The position numbers and the translations under genes are program-made. The notes under the pieces were generated by a model that had not been told where the DNA came from, did not search any database, and saw only the letters and a program-made list of their open reading frames with translations. DNA of 64,000 bases from an uncultured Gemmatimonadales bacterium. Lineage in GTDB: Bacteria > Gemmatimonadota > Gemmatimonadetes > Gemmatimonadales > GWC2-71-9. Where the stretch lies: positions 484,285 to 548,284 of the forward strand of contig CAWHST010000005.1 in NCBI GenBank assembly GCA_963832055.1, written 5' to 3'. Shown in pieces: positions 33,062 to 45,018 of the stretch. The first letter of the stretch is position 1; each line of letters opens with the position of its first letter.

Positions 33062-33404
33062 TCAGTCGGCCAGCGGAACGATTCCCACCCGCCATCCGCT
33101 CTTGAACTGCACCGTGAGCCGATGGCTCAGCGGGTCCGCCACGACGCTGGCGACGTCGGGTTGCCTCCGGGCGAAGGCCACTGCGCTGTTCGCCTGGGCG
33201 GCCAGTGCCTCGGGCGAGATGCCCTGATGCGCCTTGGCGAACTCCCGCGCGATCTCGGCCGCCTGCGCCTGCTCCCGGCCGTAGCGCGCGAACTGGGCGG
33301 CCGGCACCAGCCCATCCTGGTCGGAGACGCGGGAGTGATAGTCGTAGGGCCGGCAGGAAACGAGCGCCAGTGCCAGCAGCCAACGCGGGAGTGCTACGGG
33401 TCAT
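33062..33404 (-). CDS. Putative lipoprotein, one frame disruption near 33378
   Basis: MTRSTPAL then (1-nt shift) LLALALVSCRPYDYHSRVSDQDGLVPAAQFARYGREQAQ... joins ORF 33062..33307. Lipobox LVSC. Confidence 0.5.
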
Positions 33405-33508
33405 CGCGGGCCTCGAGGTGGAGGTCGGAAATACTTCGCCCGAAAGTAATGCCGGGCGGCCCCGGCGGCGACGGGTTAGCTTACGCTTTTTCCTTCTCGG
33501 GGCTTCCC

Positions 33509-35138
<1,630 letters not shown>

Positions 35139-35145
35139 GATCGAG

Positions 35146-35943
35146 TTGCTCGAGCTGACGCTTCTCGGGCTGGCGATCCTGGGCCAGGAGTCGATCCAGG
35201 CCCAGGTCATCGCCGCACCGCCTCCCGCCTACACCGCCAGTCAACTGCACTGCGCGCGCTTCGCCGAGACCTCCCGCAGCGAGATCGAAACCGAGACGGC
35301 CCGAGGATCGGTCAAAGCGACGGCCGACCGCAACGGCGTCTGGAGCTTTCGCGCTCGCGACAGCGTCGGCGGCGTCGCGGTGGAAGGGTGGTACGATTCG
35401 CTGTCGCTGCGGCGGCGGACGGTCGAGGGGGAACACTCCGTCGACACCGATGGGTTGATCGGAGGGCGCTACCGAGGCCTGCTGCGGCCGACGGGCGGCT
35501 ATGTCGAGATCGCCCGTCCGTTTCTTCCCGACGATGTGGCCGAGGTCGCCGATCTCTCCGCAGCAGCGCAGGACCTCTTCCCGCCGTTGCCCCCTCGCCT
35601 GCTCGAGCGCGAAGAGTCGTGGCGCGATGCCGGGCTCGAGCTCTCACGCCTTGCCGACACGATAGTGGCGGGACGCGCGCTGCTTCACTTTCGCCTCGCC
35701 GCCCGAGCCGAGACCCGCGAAGGGATCCCCCGCGGAGATACCGTCCCCATCCCGATCCGGCAGACCTTGACCGAGCGGGGCGACATCTACTGGTCGCCGT
35801 CCTCGGGCCTGGTGCGGCGGACCCGCGACATCGCCATCGAAGCGACCATCCCGTCCGGCGGCCGGATCCGGCAGCCGGTTCGTTCTCGCGTCACTCAGCG
35901 CATCGAGCTCACCCGCCTGCCCTCTACGCCGGGCTGCAAGTAA
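35146..35943 (+). CDS. Hypothetical secreted protein
   Basis: Intact 265-aa ORF (TTG start) beginning 8 nt after the pruA stop. N-terminal hydrophobic LELTLLGLAILGQESIQAQ. No domain recognised. Confidence 0.55.
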   Translation: MLELTLLGLAILGQESIQAQVIAAPPPAYTASQLHCARFAETSRSEIETETARGSVKATADRNGVWSFRARDSVGGVAVEGWYDSLSLRRRTVEGEHSVDTDGLIGGRYRGLLRPTGGYVEIARPFLPDDVAEVADLSAAAQDLFPPLPPRLLEREESWRDAGLELSRLADTIVAGRALLHFRLAARAETREGIPRGDTVPIPIRQTLTERGDIYWSPSSGLVRRTRDIAIEATIPSGGRIRQPVRSRVTQRIELTRLPSTPGCK

Positions 35944-36138
35944 GGCCTGCCTTCCCGGGCATGGCCGGCCTGGCATAGCGCATTCTGGAACGCAACGCAC
36001 TCCGACGACACCGGCGACCCGACCGCTGCCTTCACCCGGAGCGTGAAGTGCCTCTCCTCGTGTCCGAACCCGGCCGAGCAGCGCGCAACCTAGATCGGAG
36101 GACGAGAGCAGCGACGATCACATCTTCGGGAGGAAGAC

Positions 36139-36915
36139 ATGCGGTACGGTAGGAGCATCATGGCGCTCGTGGGTTTGTCCGTGGCGCTGACGGCTTGCGA
36201 CGACTCGGCCGGACCGGGCGGAGACCTCGGCATCGAACCGCTGCTGGTGATCCAGGCCAACGGCGACCTCACCTCGGCACTCGCCGACTTCCGCGCGGCG
36301 GTGGGTGATCCGGCCAACGGAGGCGGGGTCGGACCGCAGCCGGGTGGACGGCGCGAGATCCGCTGGGACGCCGTGCCGGCGGCGCAGACGAACAGCGACG
36401 CCTTCCCGGCCGATTTCTTCAAGGGCGCGGGGCTGATCTCCACCACCGACGGCATCGGGACTCGAGTGAGCGACAACGACTTCGCCGACATCAATCCGAG
36501 CTACGCCGACCAGTTCGAGAGCTTCAGCAAGGTGAAGACCTTCATGGCGTCGGGCAGCGCCCGGTTGACGCTGCGGTTCCGGGTGCCCGGGACCGATACC
36601 GAGGGCATCGTCAACGGATTCGGCATCGTGTTTTCCGACGTCGATCGGGTCGGCGCGGCGCATATCACCCTGTTCGCGCTCGACGGCAGCAACCTCGGGA
36701 AATACGTCGCACCGGTGCGGAACGACGCGGCAGGCCACTCATTCGTCGGTGTCGTCTTCGACCAGGAGATCATCGGTCGGGTGGAGGTGACGTCAGGGGA
36801 AGCACCGCTCGCGGCGGGTAGAGACGATGTGAGCTCGGGCGGAGCGGACGACCTGGTGGTGACGGACGACTTCGTGTTCGGCGAGCCGCAGCCTCAGGCG
36901 GCCGCCCCTTCGTAA
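36139..36915 (+). CDS. Putative lipoprotein of unknown function
   Basis: Intact 258-aa ORF. GGGAGGAAG lies before the ATG. Lipobox MALVGLSVALTACDD. Composition is coding-like. Confidence 0.65.
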   Translation: MRYGRSIMALVGLSVALTACDDSAGPGGDLGIEPLLVIQANGDLTSALADFRAAVGDPANGGGVGPQPGGRREIRWDAVPAAQTNSDAFPADFFKGAGLISTTDGIGTRVSDNDFADINPSYADQFESFSKVKTFMASGSARLTLRFRVPGTDTEGIVNGFGIVFSDVDRVGAAHITLFALDGSNLGKYVAPVRNDAAGHSFVGVVFDQEIIGRVEVTSGEAPLAAGRDDVSSGGADDLVVTDDFVFGEPQPQAAAPS

Positions 36916-36975
36916 GCGTGACGCGATCCGGGGAGCGGCCTGCTCCCGGACTCGCAGGTCCTGCGGCCTACCCTC

Positions 36976-37764
36976 TCAAGAACGTGGTGGCGGCGGCGGC
37001 CGGCGGCGGCGCCCGGTGAACCGCTGCTCGGGATCGAAGAGCAACGCCGTGAGGAGAAAGGCGAGCACGGTGGCGCCGAGCACGGCGCCGGCCGCGACCG
37101 GCAGCCGCGTCTCCGCCGGCTGGCCGAGGGCGTGGCGTACGAGGTCCACCGCGTAGGTGACCGGATTGGCGCGGGCCAGCGCGCGGAAGAGCGGCGGCAT
37201 GCCGGCGGTGGGATACAGGGCGCCGCTCAAGAAGAGCAGAGGAAAGAGAATCACGTTGATGATCCCGGCGAAGTTCTCCACCGAGCGCAGGCGCGCGGCC
37301 ACCAGCAGGCCGAGCGTCGCGCTCATCGCGGCGATCGCGACGACCGCGCCGGCGGCGAACAGGTAGCGCGCCGGTGCAGCGTCGAGCACCAGCGGCGCCA
37401 CCGCGAGGACGATCCCGGCCTGGAAGATCCCCACCAGCGCTGCCGCGCGCCGCCCGGCCGCCGAGCACGGCGCCGACACCCGCCGGGCTCGCCAGCATCA
37501 GCCGCAGCATCCCGAACTCCCGATCGTAGACGGTCGAGGCCGCGGTGAGCGTCCCGCCGAACAGTGCCGCCATCACCACGATGCCCGGAAGGACGAACGC
37601 CTGATAGGAGAGGCCGCTCTCCAGCCGGGTGATGGCTCCGTACCCGGTGCCGATCAGCAGCAGCCACATGAACGGGCGGGCCACCCCGCCGATCAGGCGG
37701 CCGGTCTGGCGGGTGGCGCGGGCCAGATCGCGGGCGACGATGCCGTGGATGGCGCTCCAGCCGT

Positions 37765-37768
<4 letters not shown>
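36976..37768 (-). CDS. ABC-2 type exporter permease, at least 1 frame disruption near 37480
   Basis: N-terminus from ORF 36968..37768 (MNGWSAIHGIVARDLARATRQTGRLIGGVARPFMWLLLIGTGYG...YDREFGMLRLMLASP). C-terminus from ORF 36976..37479 (IINVILFPLLFLSGALYPTAGMPPLFRALARANPVTYAVDL). ATG 37766-37768 forms ATGA with the ATPase stop. Confidence 0.8.
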
Positions 37769-38680
<912 letters not shown>

Positions 38681-38684
<4 letters not shown>

Positions 38685-39746
38685 GCCCGCTGCGGCTCGG
38701 CGATCACGCGGTAGCGGTACTCCAGCGAGTCGGACGGCGTCGGCGACGGCGGTGTCGATCACGCCGCGGTTGGGCGAGAGGGTGCAGACCGGATCGGTGT
38801 TCTCTGCGGCCCCCGTGAGGGCGAACGCCTGGCAGCGGCAGCCGCCGAAATCCACCGTCTTCCGGGGACAGCTGCGACAGGGCTCCCGCATCCACTCGTC
38901 GCCCCGATACGCCTGAAACGCGGGCGACTGCTGCCAGATCCACTCGAGCGACCGGTCGCGCACGTTGTCGAACGAGAGCGTGGTGATCTGGGTAGCTCCG
39001 TGGCACGGCAAGACCTTGCCGTCGGGCGCCACGACGAGGTAGAGCTTGCCCCATCCGCCGTAGCAGGGCTTGGGGTACTGCTCGAAGTAGTCGGGCAACA
39101 CGAAGAGGACCTGCATGCGGCCCCGGTAGCGCCGGGTGGCCTCTTCCGCCGTCGCCCGGGCCCGCGCGACCTGCTCGCGGGTCGGCATCAGCGAGGCGCG
39201 GTTCTCCAGGGCCCAGCCGTAGTACTGGGTGTTCGCCAGCTCGATCCGATCGGCGCCCATCTCGGCGGCGAGATCGATGATCGCGCCGATGCGGTCGAGG
39301 TTGGCGCGGTGGAGCACCACGTTGATCGAGAGCGCGAAGCCCAGCTCCTTCACGATGGCCACCGCCGCCCGCTTCTGCTTCACCGAGCTGACACCGGCGA
39401 TCCGCTCGGCGGTCTCCGGGTCGGCGTCCTGAATCGAGACCTGAATGTGCTCCAGGCCCGCCTCCCGCAGCCGCTCCGCCCGCGCCCGGGTGAGGCCGAG
39501 GCCTGACGTCACCAGCGTGCTGTAGAGCCCGAGACTGCGGGCGTGCGCGGCCAGCTCCTCGAGGTCCTTCCGGATCATCGGCTCCCCGCCGGAGAGGCCG
39601 AGCTGGAGCACGCCGAGCGCGCGCGCCTGGGTGAAGACCCGCTTCCAGTCGTCGGTGGCCAGCTCGCCCTCGGCCCGGATCATCTCCAGCGGGTTGGAGC
39701 AGTACGGGCAGTGCAGCGGACAGCGATGGGTCAGCTCGGCCAGCAG
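38681..39746 (-). CDS. pqqE: PqqA peptide cyclase, radical SAM/SPASM protein PqqE. The start is unresolved and there is one frame disruption near 38730.
   Basis: LLAELTHRCPLHCPYCSNP (CxxxCxxC), GVLQLGLSGGEPMIRKDL, SINVVLHRAN, and the SPASM region CYGGWG...PCHGA...CRSCPRKTVDFGGCRCQA. The true C-terminus DSLEYRYRVIAEPQRA* appears after a 1-nt shift. There is no ATG/GTG/TTG in frame upstream of the Cys motif (frame open only to 39767). Confidence 0.9.
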
Positions 39747-39967
39747 CGTGGTCGGTCGCTCAGCTGGTCACGGATCAGCTCCCTTTCCGCCAGATGCGAC
39801 AGATACTCGGTGACGTCGGCGGTGACGTCGGCCTGGTAGCGCTCACCGAGGATGCCGGCGATCTCCCCGACGGTGCGGCGGCCGTCCACCAGCTCGAGGA
39901 TCGCTTTGCCGGTGTCGTTGAGCAGTACGGCGCCCTCGGGGTAGAGCAGCACCGGGCGGTTGCGCAC
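39731..39967 (-). CDS. pqqD: PqqA-binding chaperone PqqD
   Basis: 78-aa ORF. RNRPVLLYPEGAVLLNDTGKAILELVDGRRTVGEIAGILGERY...VTEYLSHLAEREL fits the PqqD pattern. It sits between pqqC and pqqE. The N-terminus may extend (DFDPV precedes the GTG in frame). Confidence 0.85.
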   Translation of the reverse strand: MRNRPVLLYPEGAVLLNDTGKAILELVDGRRTVGEIAGILGERYQADVTADVTEYLSHLAERELIRDQLSDRPRCWPS

Positions 39968-40027
39968 CGGGTCGAAATCGATGCCGCGCGAGCTTCCAGA
40001 GCGAGGGCGGACCGGAGTCAGCGCTAC

Positions 40028-40776
40028 TCAGCGGTAGGCATGATGAATCGTGTCGATCAGCGCCCACAGCATCTCCAGCTTGAAGGCGAGCGCCAGAAAC
40101 GCGCCCGCGCTGGGTGTCCACCGTGGTGCAGTGCCGCTGCACGATCGCGAGGCCGTGGCTCACGTCGCGCGGGGCCTGGACCAGCCGGCTCTTGAAGTAG
40201 TCGAGCGCCTCCGGGCGGGATCCAGGGGTAGTGCTTGGGAAACGCCTCGATACGCTGCTGGTGGATCTTGGGCGCGAACAGCTCGGTGAGCGACGACGCC
40301 ACCGCCTCGACCCACGGCCTGGTCCGGCAGAACGTGACGTAGGACTCGCAGATGAGCCGGGCCGCCGGGAGCACGTGCCGCTCGTCCTCCATCTCCTCCC
40401 GAGGCACCCCGAGCGCGACGCCGAGCCGGATCCAGAGCTCGATCCCTCCGGTGCCGGGCCCGGTCCCGTCGTGATCCACGATCCGCTGGATCCACTCCCG
40501 CCGGACCTCGGGGTCGGGGCAGTTGGAGAGGATGGCGGCGTCCTTCCGCGGCACCACCCGCTGATACGCGAGCCGGTTCGCCACCCATCCCTGGAACTGC
40601 CGCGGGGAAAGCCGGCCGGCGTACATCAGCCGATGGAACGGGTGCTCGACGTAGTACGAGCCGCTGAACGAGCGCAGCGCGCTCTCCAGCTCGGCGGGTG
40701 TGAGCGGGCGCTCGAGCGCGGGGACCGGCGGCCGGGGCGGTGCGGTGAGCTGGGACGAGGCGAGGGTCGCGGGCAT
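40028..40776 (-). CDS. pqqC: Pyrroloquinoline-quinone synthase PqqC, 2 frame disruptions
   Basis: ORF 40057..40776 contains YYVEHPFHRLMYAGRLSPRQFQGWVANRLAYQ..., ILSNCPD, and IELWIRLG. The C-terminus is recovered in two other frames (PEALDYFKSRLVQAPRDVSHGLAIVQRHCTT, then AFLALAFKLEMLWALIDTIHHAYR*). Shifts near 40195 and 40095. Confidence 0.9.
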
Positions 40777-40797
40777 GGTAGCAAGCTAGCCGGTGGT

Positions 40798-41713
40798 CAG
40801 AGGGTGAACCGCATGCCGTCGGCGCCGACCGCCGAGGCCTCGGCGCTCCACCAGGAGACGCTCGGGCGAGTCCTCGATCAGCATCGGATTGGTGTTGTTG
40901 ATGTGGGTGTACACCCGGTGCGCGCTCCCCAGCGAGGCAAGCCGCTCCAGACTGCCATCGGGCCCGGAGACCGGCAGGTGATCCATCTCCCGCGCGGTGC
41001 GCTCGCCGATGCCCAGCGCGATCAGCTCGTCATCCTTCCAGAAGGTGCCGTCGAACAGCACCAGCTCGGCCTGACCAGAGCGTGCGGAGCAGCGTCTCGT
41101 CGAGTCCGCCGCAGCCGGGGACGAAGGCGCAGGCGCCGCCGCTCGCCTCGTCGCGGATCAGGAGGCCGACGGTGTGGCCCGGATGGTTGCCGCTGGCGAA
41201 CCGGGGCGGGCCAGCGAGGACCGGAAAGCTCGACACCGTCAGACCGCTCGGGCACCCGTCGCGATAGGTGAGCGGCATCGTCGAGCCGCCGGCCGGCAGG
41301 TCTTCCAGCCGCATCTCCGCGAATGCCCGCGTGACGGGAACGATCCGTGAGTCATGCTCCAAGATGCTCCGCACCGCCGGCAGTCGCGTAGATCTGGAGG
41401 TAGCGTCCCTCCCGGAGGAGCAGCACCCCGATCGTATGGTCCAGCTCGGCGTCGGTGAGGACGACGCCCTCGACCGGCACCTGGCGCATGCCCGGCCGGC
41501 TCCCCCACCGGCAGCCTGGTGAGCTGGGCGTGGACGTCCGGCGAGGCGTTGAGCAGGAACCACCGCCGCCCGTCGGCACTGACGGCGGCCGACGACTGGC
41601 TGCGAGTGTCGCGCCCGCTCCGGCTCGCGTCGCGCGACCCGGCAGCTGGGGCACCAGCAGTTCCACTGAGGGAAGCCACCGCCCGCGGCGGTCCCGAGAA
41701 GGATGACTTGCAC
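40798..41713 (-). CDS. pqqB: PQQ biosynthesis protein PqqB (metallo-beta-lactamase fold), about 5 frame disruptions
   Basis: MQVILLGTAAGGGFPQWNCWCPSCRVAR (GTG 41711-41713). Then RSQSSAAVSADGRRWFLLNASPDVHAQL, VEGVVLTDAELDHTIGVLLLREG, GHTVGLLI, and LFDGTFWKDDELI...YTHINNTNPML...VGADGMRFTL*. These are spread over ORFs 41030..41713, 41239..41679, 41352..41972 and 40786..41061. Confidence 0.88.
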
Positions 41714-41715
41714 CT

Positions 41716-41750
41716 AGAAAAAGTAAGGGGCTCGCTTTCGCGAGCCCCTC
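41716..41750 (-). terminator. Intrinsic terminator/attenuator hairpin between pqqA and pqqB
   Basis: Minus strand: AGGGGCUCGC-GAAA-GCGAGCCCCU followed by UACUUUUU. It lies 18 nt after the pqqA stop and ends 3 nt before the pqqB GTG. Confidence 0.75.
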
Positions 41751-41767
41751 ACCGATGGCAGTGCGCC

Positions 41768-41842
41768 TTAAAGCGTCGCGACGTAGGCGGTGACTTCCAT
41801 CGTGACGGCCACGACCTCGGCCTCGGGCTTGGTCCACGTCAT
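41768..41842 (-). CDS. pqqA: Coenzyme PQQ precursor peptide PqqA (24 aa)
   Basis: Not in the ORF track because it is too short. GGAGGG lies 6 nt before the ATG. Translation MTWTKPEAEVVAVTMEVTAYVATL* carries the invariant Glu-x3-Tyr (EVTAY). It is immediately upstream of pqqBCDE. Confidence 0.85.
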   Translation of the reverse strand: MTWTKPEAEVVAVTMEVTAYVATL

Positions 41843-41941
41843 GAGCACCCTCCGGAGTTGAGTTGGTGGGCCCTGGGGACCCGGAACAGCTGATTGGGTT
41901 GTACTGCCCAGCCGGACCCGGTGGCCCGACGCTGCCCTCGT

Positions 41942-41962
41942 TATTGCAGACGGTGTGCCGCA
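41942..41962 (-). promoter_or_regulatory. Sigma54 (-24/-12) type promoter upstream of pqqA
   Basis: Minus strand 5'-tgCGGCACaccgtCTGCAata-3' compared with consensus TGGCAC-N5-TTGCA. GG-N10-GC spacing is exact. It lies about 100 nt upstream of the pqqA ATG and directly downstream of an NtrC-type activator gene. Confidence 0.6.
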
Positions 41963-41995
41963 GGTGAGACAAACCTGTACTTGGCTTACAAGTGA

Positions 41996-42009
41996 ATGTT
42001 CTAGAACAT
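41996..42009. promoter_or_regulatory. 14-bp perfect palindrome ATGTTCTAGAACAT in the AT-rich spacer between the upstream sites and the sigma54 promoter
   Basis: Read directly. It lies about 40-60 bp upstream of the -24 element, where DNA-bending or second-regulator sites usually sit. Confidence 0.35.
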
Positions 42010-42054
42010 CTTATGAGCGATCAGCGGTTGGGCGGAATGCCAGATGGTGGTGGA

Positions 42055-42088
42055 TGGGTGAGATGACCCAGATTGGGTGATATCACCC
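42055..42088. promoter_or_regulatory. Tandem palindromic sites GGGTGAGATGACCC and GGGTGATATCACCC; candidate enhancer (UAS) for the adjacent NtrC-type regulator
   Basis: Two 14-bp sites (42055-42068 imperfect, 42075-42088 perfect palindrome), exactly 20 bp centre to centre. They lie about 100-140 bp upstream of the candidate -24/-12 promoter. Confidence 0.5.
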
Positions 42089-42115
42089 ACCCAAGCCCCG
42101 ACTCATCGTGCTAGC

Positions 42116-43481
42116 TCAGGTCTGGAACCCGTACTTCTTCAGCCGATACCGCAGCGTGTCCCGGGAGATGCCCAGCCGCTGGGCGGCCCGGGTCTGGTTG
42201 CCGGCGGTTTCGCGCAGCGCCTGCTCGATGAGCGACCGCTCCCACTGCTCGAGGTCCATCCCGGCCGGCCGCGACGGTGCCGATGTCGCGGGCGGTTCGT
42301 CGGACGCGGAACCTCCAGCGCCAAATGCTCGATCTGGAGTGTCGGGCCGCGGCTCCACAGCACCGCCCGCTCGATCACATGGCTCAGCTCGCGCACGTTC
42401 CCCGGCCAGGGATAGCCCAGCAGCAGGTCGTGGGACCGGGGGTCGATCCGCTCGACCGGCTTGCCGTACTTCGCGCTGAACCGCTGGAGAAAGTGCTCGG
42501 CCAGCGTCGAGCACGTCGTCGCCGCGCTCCCGGAGCGGCGGCAGCCGCAGCAGAATGCACGGCGAGCCGGAAGTAGAGGTCCCGCCGGAATCGCTCCCGC
42601 TGGGACTCACGCTCGAGGTCGCGGTTGGTGGCGGCCAGGATGCGGACGTCGATCTTCCGGTCGCGGATCCCGCCGACCCGCCGCACGGTGCGATCCTCCA
42701 CCGCCTTGAGCAGCTTGCCCTGGAGCGACAGCTCGACGTCGCCCACCTCGTCGAGCAGCAGGAAGCCGCCTTCCGCCGCCTCGAAGAGCCCCATCCGCGA
42801 CTCCTTGGCGTCGGTGAAGGCGCCGCGCTCGTGCCCGAACAGCTCCGCCTCCATCAGGGTGGCCGGCAGCGCGGTGCAGTTGACCTCGATGAAGGGCTTG
42901 GACGCGCGCCCGCTGCCGGCGTGGATGGTTCGGGCGACGAGTCCCTTGCCGGTCCCGGTCTCGCCGATGATGAGGACTGGAGGGGTCTCGTCGAGCGCCG
43001 CGATCTGCCGCGCCTGGTCGAGCACCGCGCGCATCGACGGGGATTGCCCGACCACGCCGGCGAACGGGACGTCGCCCGCAGCCTGGCGCCGGTAGTAGGA
43101 GAGCTCCTGCCGCAGCTGGGAGTGCTCGCGGGCACGGTCGGCCAGGAGCTTCAGCTCCTCGAGGTCGACCGGCTTCTTGAGGTAGTCGAACGCGCCGAGC
43201 TTCACCGCCTCGACGGCTCCCTCGATGGTGCCGTAGGCGGTCATGATGACGACGGGAACCGACGGGTCGAACTCCCGGATCCGGCGCAGCAGCTCGATGC
43301 CGTCCATGCCGGGCAGCCGAACGTCGGAGAAGACCACGTCGGGCCGGAGCGTCTCCAGCAGTCCGATCGCCTGCTCCGCGTCGGTCGCGACCTCGGCCTC
43401 GTAGCCGGACTCGAGCAGAAACGCCTTCACGGCGCGGGCGAGCGTCCGCTCGTCGTCCACGATGAGGACGGTGCCGCTCAC
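42116..43481 (-). CDS. Sigma54-dependent response regulator (NtrC family: receiver, AAA+, Fis-type HTH), 3 frame disruptions
   Basis: Receiver [10 protein letters not shown]...[13 protein letters not shown]...KKP. AAA+ domain with [33 protein letters not shown] and [10 protein letters not shown]-terminal pieces [16 protein letters not shown] | [15 protein letters not shown]...[18 protein letters not shown] | ...[26 protein letters not shown]. Shifts near 42558, 42510 and 42310. GTG 43479-43481 forms GTGA with the kinase stop. Confidence 0.88.
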
Positions 43482-44957
43482 GCCGCGCCTGCCGCCGGAA
43501 GGCGAATCCGCACCGTGGTGCCCGCGTCGGGCGAGCTGTCGATCTCCAGCCGTCCTCCGTTCTGCTCCACGTAGCGCTTGGCGATGGCGAGGCCCAGCCC
43601 GGTGCCTTCCTGCCGGGTGGTGAAGAACGGCTCGCACACCGAGGGGAGGAGACCGGCGGGAATGCCGGCGCCGGTGTCGGACTACCTCGATCAGGACCTC
43701 GCCTACGCCTGGGCCCCCGTTCATCGCCCGGGCGCCGAGCCGGAGGCGTCCGCCGCCGGGCATCGCGTCGAGCGCGTTGGAGACCAGCTCGAGGAGGGCC
43801 TGTTCCAGCTGCATCGGATCCACCCGCACCTCGGGCAGGTCGTGGGGCACCTCCACCTGGAGCTCGACCTTGCGCTCCCGCATCGGCTCGGCGAAGGCGG
43901 GGAGAAGACTCTCCACCAGCCGGTCGAGTCGCTCCGTGAGCGGATGGTAGGGCGCAGGCCGGCTGAAGCTCAGCAGGTGGCTGATCCGACGGTCCAGCCG
44001 GTCCACTTCCTCGATGATGGCATCCAGGTGCTCGCGCGAGGATGGCGCGTCCGGGTGGCGGCGAACCAATTGCGCGGCCGCGCGCAGGCTCGCGAGAGGG
44101 TTCCGGAGGCCGTGCGCCACCGCCGCCGCCGTCTCTCCGATCGAGGCGAGCTTTTCCGACTGGACCAGCTGGGCTTGAGCGCGGTCCAGCTCGGCGACGT
44201 TCTGTCGCAGACTCTCCGTCATCCGGCCGAAGGCCTGGGCGAGCTCTCCGATCTCGTCGCGCGTCGTAGGGTGCACCGGATGGTCCAGCCGGCCCGAGCC
44301 CACCACCGCCATGGCCCCGGTCAGTTCCCGGATCGGGCGGGCCAGGCCCCGGGAGATGAGCCAGGAGGCGAAGAGGCCCCCCGCTAGAGTGAGCGCGATG
44401 ATCACCAGCAGCGTGCGTCCTTCGCCGGCGAGGATCTGCTCCAGGCCGGCGTAGGCGCCGCGGACGCTCGACTCGCGCGCCTTGCGATACACTTCGCGAT
44501 TCATCTGGGTCAGCGCGGGCTGGAGCCGGCCTTTCAGCTCCCGCTGGGCGAGGGTAAACGCCTCGGCGCGGCGGCCGGCGTCGGCCAGGCTGAAGACGCT
44601 GTCCGTGACCAGGCGGATCTCGCTCTGGATGCGGGACACACCGTCGGCGAGCTGCGACTCGTCGGGCCCCAGCTCGGCCCGCCAGCGATCCTCCCAATAG
44701 CGGATCACATCGCCGGCGAGCTCGAACTCGCGTCGCGCCCCCGGGTCGAGGCCGCTCAGGTATCGCCAGACGATCTCGCCCTGGTCGAACATGGCCGTCT
44801 CCAGCTCCGCGTAGGTGCGGGTCCGGGCCATGCTTTCGCCCAGCGCGTCCAAGGCGCGGCGCTCCAGACGGTTGCTCCGAATCGCCTCCGCGCCCACCAG
44901 AAGCGCTGGAAGGACCATGAGGGAGAAGCCGAGCAGGAGCTTGCGCTGGAAGGTCAC
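43478..44957 (-). CDS. Sensor histidine kinase (two TM segments, HAMP, HisKA, HATPase_c), one frame disruption near 43683
   Basis: N-terminal part of ORF 42384..44957. TM1 LLLGFSLMVLPALLVG, TM2 LLVIIALTLAGGLFASWLI, HAMP (PIRELTGAMAVV...IGELAQAFGRM) and H-box AAVAHGLRNPL. G1/G2 boxes are recovered after the shift (DTGAGIPAGLL...EGTGLGLAIAKRYVEQNGGRLEI...[10 protein letters not shown]). Confidence 0.88.
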
Positions 44958-45018
44958 GGCTCAAACATACGCGGAAAAAAGGAGGGGCGGACCATGCCGG
45001 CCCGCCCAACCCTTGCGA

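Noticed and set aside
39001-39020. Sigma54-like TGGCACGGCAAGACCTTGCC on the plus strand
   Set aside because: The GG to GC spacing is 14 nt instead of 10. It lies inside pqqE on the antisense strand with no downstream plus-strand gene.
42384-44957. 857-aa ORF suggesting a hybrid histidine kinase-NtrC fusion
   Set aside because: The kinase G1/G2 boxes and its stop ([10 protein letters not shown]) are recovered in the neighbouring frame after one shift near 43683. The regulator then starts at a GTGA overlap. These are two separate genes.
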